Below, piece by piece: positions 60,949 through 64,000 of a stretch of 64,000 bases of DNA (the stretch's first letter is position 1; the number at the start of each line of letters is the position of its first letter). This stretch comes from an uncultured Gammaproteobacteria bacterium. GTDB taxonomy: Bacteria > Pseudomonadota > Gammaproteobacteria > UBA9214. The stretch is taken from NCBI GenBank assembly GCA_963827755.1, contig CAWHCQ010000013.1, positions 1 to 64,000 on the forward strand, given 5' to 3'. The position numbers and the translations under genes were made by a program. A model generated the notes under the pieces. It saw nothing but the letters and a program-made list of their open reading frames with translations. It did not search any database and had not been told where the DNA came from.

Positions 60949-62918
60949 TCAGGTGCCGAGCATCTCGTACAGGGGGGCGAGATGTTCCCGGTAATGTTTC
61001 CAGATCCCGATGACGGCATCGGGTTTCGGCAGGCGTGTCGTTTCCAGGCAGGCCGCTTCCACGGGCAGGCCGCAGAAATCCAGTACGGCTTCGATCTGCG
61101 GCTGCGGGTCACGCAGCAGTTCTTCAAACTGTACGACATGAATGAAGTCCGGGAGTAGATTACGCCATTGCTCAATGAGATCCATGTGCTGTCGGTAGTA
61201 TGCGCCAAGTGCGCGCATGTCAAAACTGTAGGGGTGGTCTTCCCCCAGGTTCTTGTTGAAGATCCCCGTGCAATTGTCCCGGGCTTCACGCTGGCAGACG
61301 ATGATTTTCGCATTCGGCAGGCACAGGCGGATCATGCCGATGTGCCACGCGTTGGCGGGTGAAGTATTGGTTACCCGGGCCGTATCGGGGTAGCTTTTTT
61401 GCATGCGCGCCGTATACACCCTGCCGATGTCCGTGAAGGTGCTGTCGGGAAGATCCCTGACACATTCCGGGAATGCATTCATGTCGCTGACGCTCAGCAC
61501 ATCATGGATGGCATGCATATAGTCCGACGATTCTCCGCCCGCGGTAACAAGCGAGTGACGGGCCAGAATCTTTTCCATGACGGTTTTTCCGGAACGGGAC
61601 AGTCCGGTGATGAAGATCGGCGTGCTGTCCCGGTGTCCCGATTTACGGTGGCTGTTGATCAGGTCCCCGCTGAACAGGGCCGCCAGGCGCTTTTTATCCG
61701 CAAGGATGTCGGCTGCAGGGCGTCGCGCCGGCTGCTGTCAGGGCATTGCCCTTTGAAATGTGAGCGTATGCAGACGCGTAATCAGCCTGTGCATCGAAAT
61801 GCATGCCCAGTCCAAAGTGCAGTGACACCCTGTCCTTGTCCGACAAATTCTGGTCATGCAACAGTGTCTGCATTTTTCGGGCATCAATCGGTTCCAGCGG
61901 CCGGCGGGCCTGTGCCAGCCCTTCACAGGCAAGCGCATTTTCCGGTTGCAGTTTTATGGTCTGCCGAAAGGCCTGCTCTGCGGCTTCCCGTTCGCCGCAT
62001 GCAAGCAGCAGCCGGCCCAGCCTGTAATGGTGATCCGCGTTGCGTGGTTCCAGGTCAATGGCCTTGCCGAACGCGCGTTCCGCCTCACCCAGAAGGTTCA
62101 GCTTGTGGAGTGTCCTCCCCAGCAGGCTGTAATACCCGGCTGTTTCCGGACTGAGATCGATGGCCCTGGAAATGGCGGATCGCGCCTCCAGGTACCTCCA
62201 TTTTGAGTAATAAATCCGGGCCAGCCGTGCAAGTATGGCGTCATTGTCCGGGGCCAGCCTGACGGCCTCGTGCAATATCCTGATGGCATCGTCGACTGCG
62301 CCGACCTCGCAGGCGGCCTCCGCCAGCGTCGGGTAGGCCTCGAAGTAGCGCGGCTGTGCCTTCACGGTGGCATGCAGAAGGTCTGCGGCTTCTTCATAAC
62401 GTTCCAGTTTGTGCAGCGCACCACCCAGGCGAGGTCGCGATCTGCGGCGATTCCGGGAGCAACTCATGCGCTTGCCTGAAGTGCTCAAGGGCTTCGTCCG
62501 TCTTGCCGCACTCCATGAGTAGCGTGCCCAGGGTATGCAGGGCCATCGCTGCTCGCGGGTCCAGCCGAATGGCCTGCAGCAACGTTTCCTGTGCCGCAGC
62601 TGTCTTGCCCTGGTGGTACAGTGCCTTGCCGATGTTACCCAGCAACATGGCATGGTCCGGGGCCAGCTCAAGGGCGCGCCGAAAGGATTTTTCCGCGGCC
62701 TTCCATTTTTTCTGCTCCAGCAGGATGTTGCCGAGATTATTGTGGGCCTCGGCAAATCCGGGCTGCAGCGACAGCGCCCTGCGAAAGGCGCTCTCGGCAA
62801 GCCCGGTCTTGCCCTGTGCCTGCAGGGAGACGCCTTCGTTATACAGGTGGACGGCCTGTTCGCCGTCCCGGCCGTGTGTCTGTCTCTGGCGGGTCTGGCT
62901 GCGTGGGGGTTGGCTCAT
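60949..62918 (-). CDS. TPR-sulfotransferase-family protein (frameshifted near 62430 and 61710)
   Basis: Many TPRs; PIFITGLSRSGKTVMEKILARH; PNAKII.C.R..RDNC; FEELL.DP. Confidence 0.78.
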
Positions 62919-63276
62919 GGGGCTTCCCTTGATGGTTGCCGCGAGAATATACAGCAGGGGCGGGCATTTAGGTATTGTGTGCGGCGGGCCGCCCGCCCGC
63001 CAGACACCGGGAGACGGGTTTTATTGCCTGCCCGGTAGCGTGTGGAGCTTCGCTATGCCTGGTTAAGCGATTGTTTATATGAAATAAAACAAAGTGTCTG
63101 AAGAAATTCCCGGTGTCCGGGCAGCTCATGTAGTCATTATGCAACAGATAAAAATTAATGTGGTTTTTTCGTAAAAAAGTGTTGCATTCACACATTTTGT
63201 TGTTGTAAAGTGCTCGCGTGCAATGACAGTACACAACTTTTTCAACTCAAACTTAACTGTGTTAAGGGGATAAATC

Positions 63277-64000
63277 ATGAAACATAAACTTTTACCAACA
63301 TTGATCGGTGCCGCGCTTGCCGCCGGCATGGGCGCAGCCCAGGCGGACATCACCGTCTTCGGTCATATCGATACGTCCATTGTCAACACGGACCAGGATC
63401 ACGGCTGGCGCAACATGAGCCAGAATCCGCAGCGTGGCTGGTACACCATCGTGGCGATTAGCGGTACCGTCGATGATACCAACTTTGTCTGCACCACCTG
63501 CTCCATCGGTTTCAAGGGCAGCGAAGACCTGGGCAACGGCCTGAAGGCGATCTTCTACCTGGACTTCCAGATGGACATGTTCAACCGCAACTCCAGCGGC
63601 AGCTATCACGGATCGTGACCAGTGGCTCGGCCTTGCCGGCAACTTCGGCCAGGTTCGTTGGGGTACCATCTCCACGCCTTACAAGTCGCATGGCTCCATG
63701 CTTGATCCGCTGTACCGTACCTCGGTCCAGGGCCGTGCTGTCGGTCTGCAGTCTTACCTGCACAGGAAGCCACTGAAGATGGTGGTGCCCGTTCCGAGAA
63801 CACCGTTCGCTGGGACAGCCCGAGCTGGAATGGCCTGAAGGTCGCCGCCTTCTACACGCTGGACAGCGACGAGAGATGACGGTCTATGCAAACACCAGAA
63901 ATCTCAAAGGCAAGGAAGACGATAACCCCTACGGTATCGGCGCCCAGTACAAGAACGGCGGCATCCTGGTGTTTGCGGATTACCTGACCAATGACTCCGA
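63277..64000 (+). CDS. Gram-negative porin, partial and frameshifted
   Basis: Signal peptide AAQA-DITVFGHID; SIGFKGSEDLGNGLKAIF; RDQWLGLAGNFGQVRWG and RWDSPSWNG in the next frame. Confidence 0.88.

Noticed and set aside
59532-64000. Frameshifts in the TPR genes and porin as phase variation
   Set aside because: No long homopolymer or SSR tracts at the breaks; clustering near the window end suggests low assembly quality

Overview
A GC-rich gammaproteobacterial chromosomal segment, probably from a sulfur-oxidising lineage. That is an inference from QmoA/HdrB and CbbO/NorD relics, an ETHE1-type persulfide dioxygenase and a Gly/Tyr/Pro-repeat secreted protein. Core genes include sdaA, pdxH, cbpAM, nrdJab with NrdR boxes, exeAB, hspQ, an HU-family gene, rpe-gph-trpEGDC, crp, coq7 and rplM-rpsI-tRNA-Gln. 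Accessory highlights: (1) an 11-kb photo-oxidative stress island (furan-fatty-acid-type ufaM/ufaO/ufaD-like genes, lipocalin, glutathione peroxidase, photolyase) with a CarH-type B12 photoreceptor and TnnACA repeat operators at both divergent promoters; (2) a 1473-aa cNMP-cNMP-rhodanese-coiled-coil-TM-FGE protein behind a sigma28-type promoter, with similar promoters at crp and two unknown genes; (3) a candidate ~100-nt sRNA with anti-Shine-Dalgarno C-rich loops upstream of rplM; (4) many short gene relics and in-frame chimeras, some with apparent microhomology junctions; (5) a RAYT flanked by 28-bp inverted repeats, a MITE, REP elements and an RtT-like tRNA repeat. Scattered single-base frameshifts, densest at both ends, look like sequencing or assembly errors. 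I saw no CRISPR array, prophage or rRNA. All family calls are from motif recognition, not database searches.
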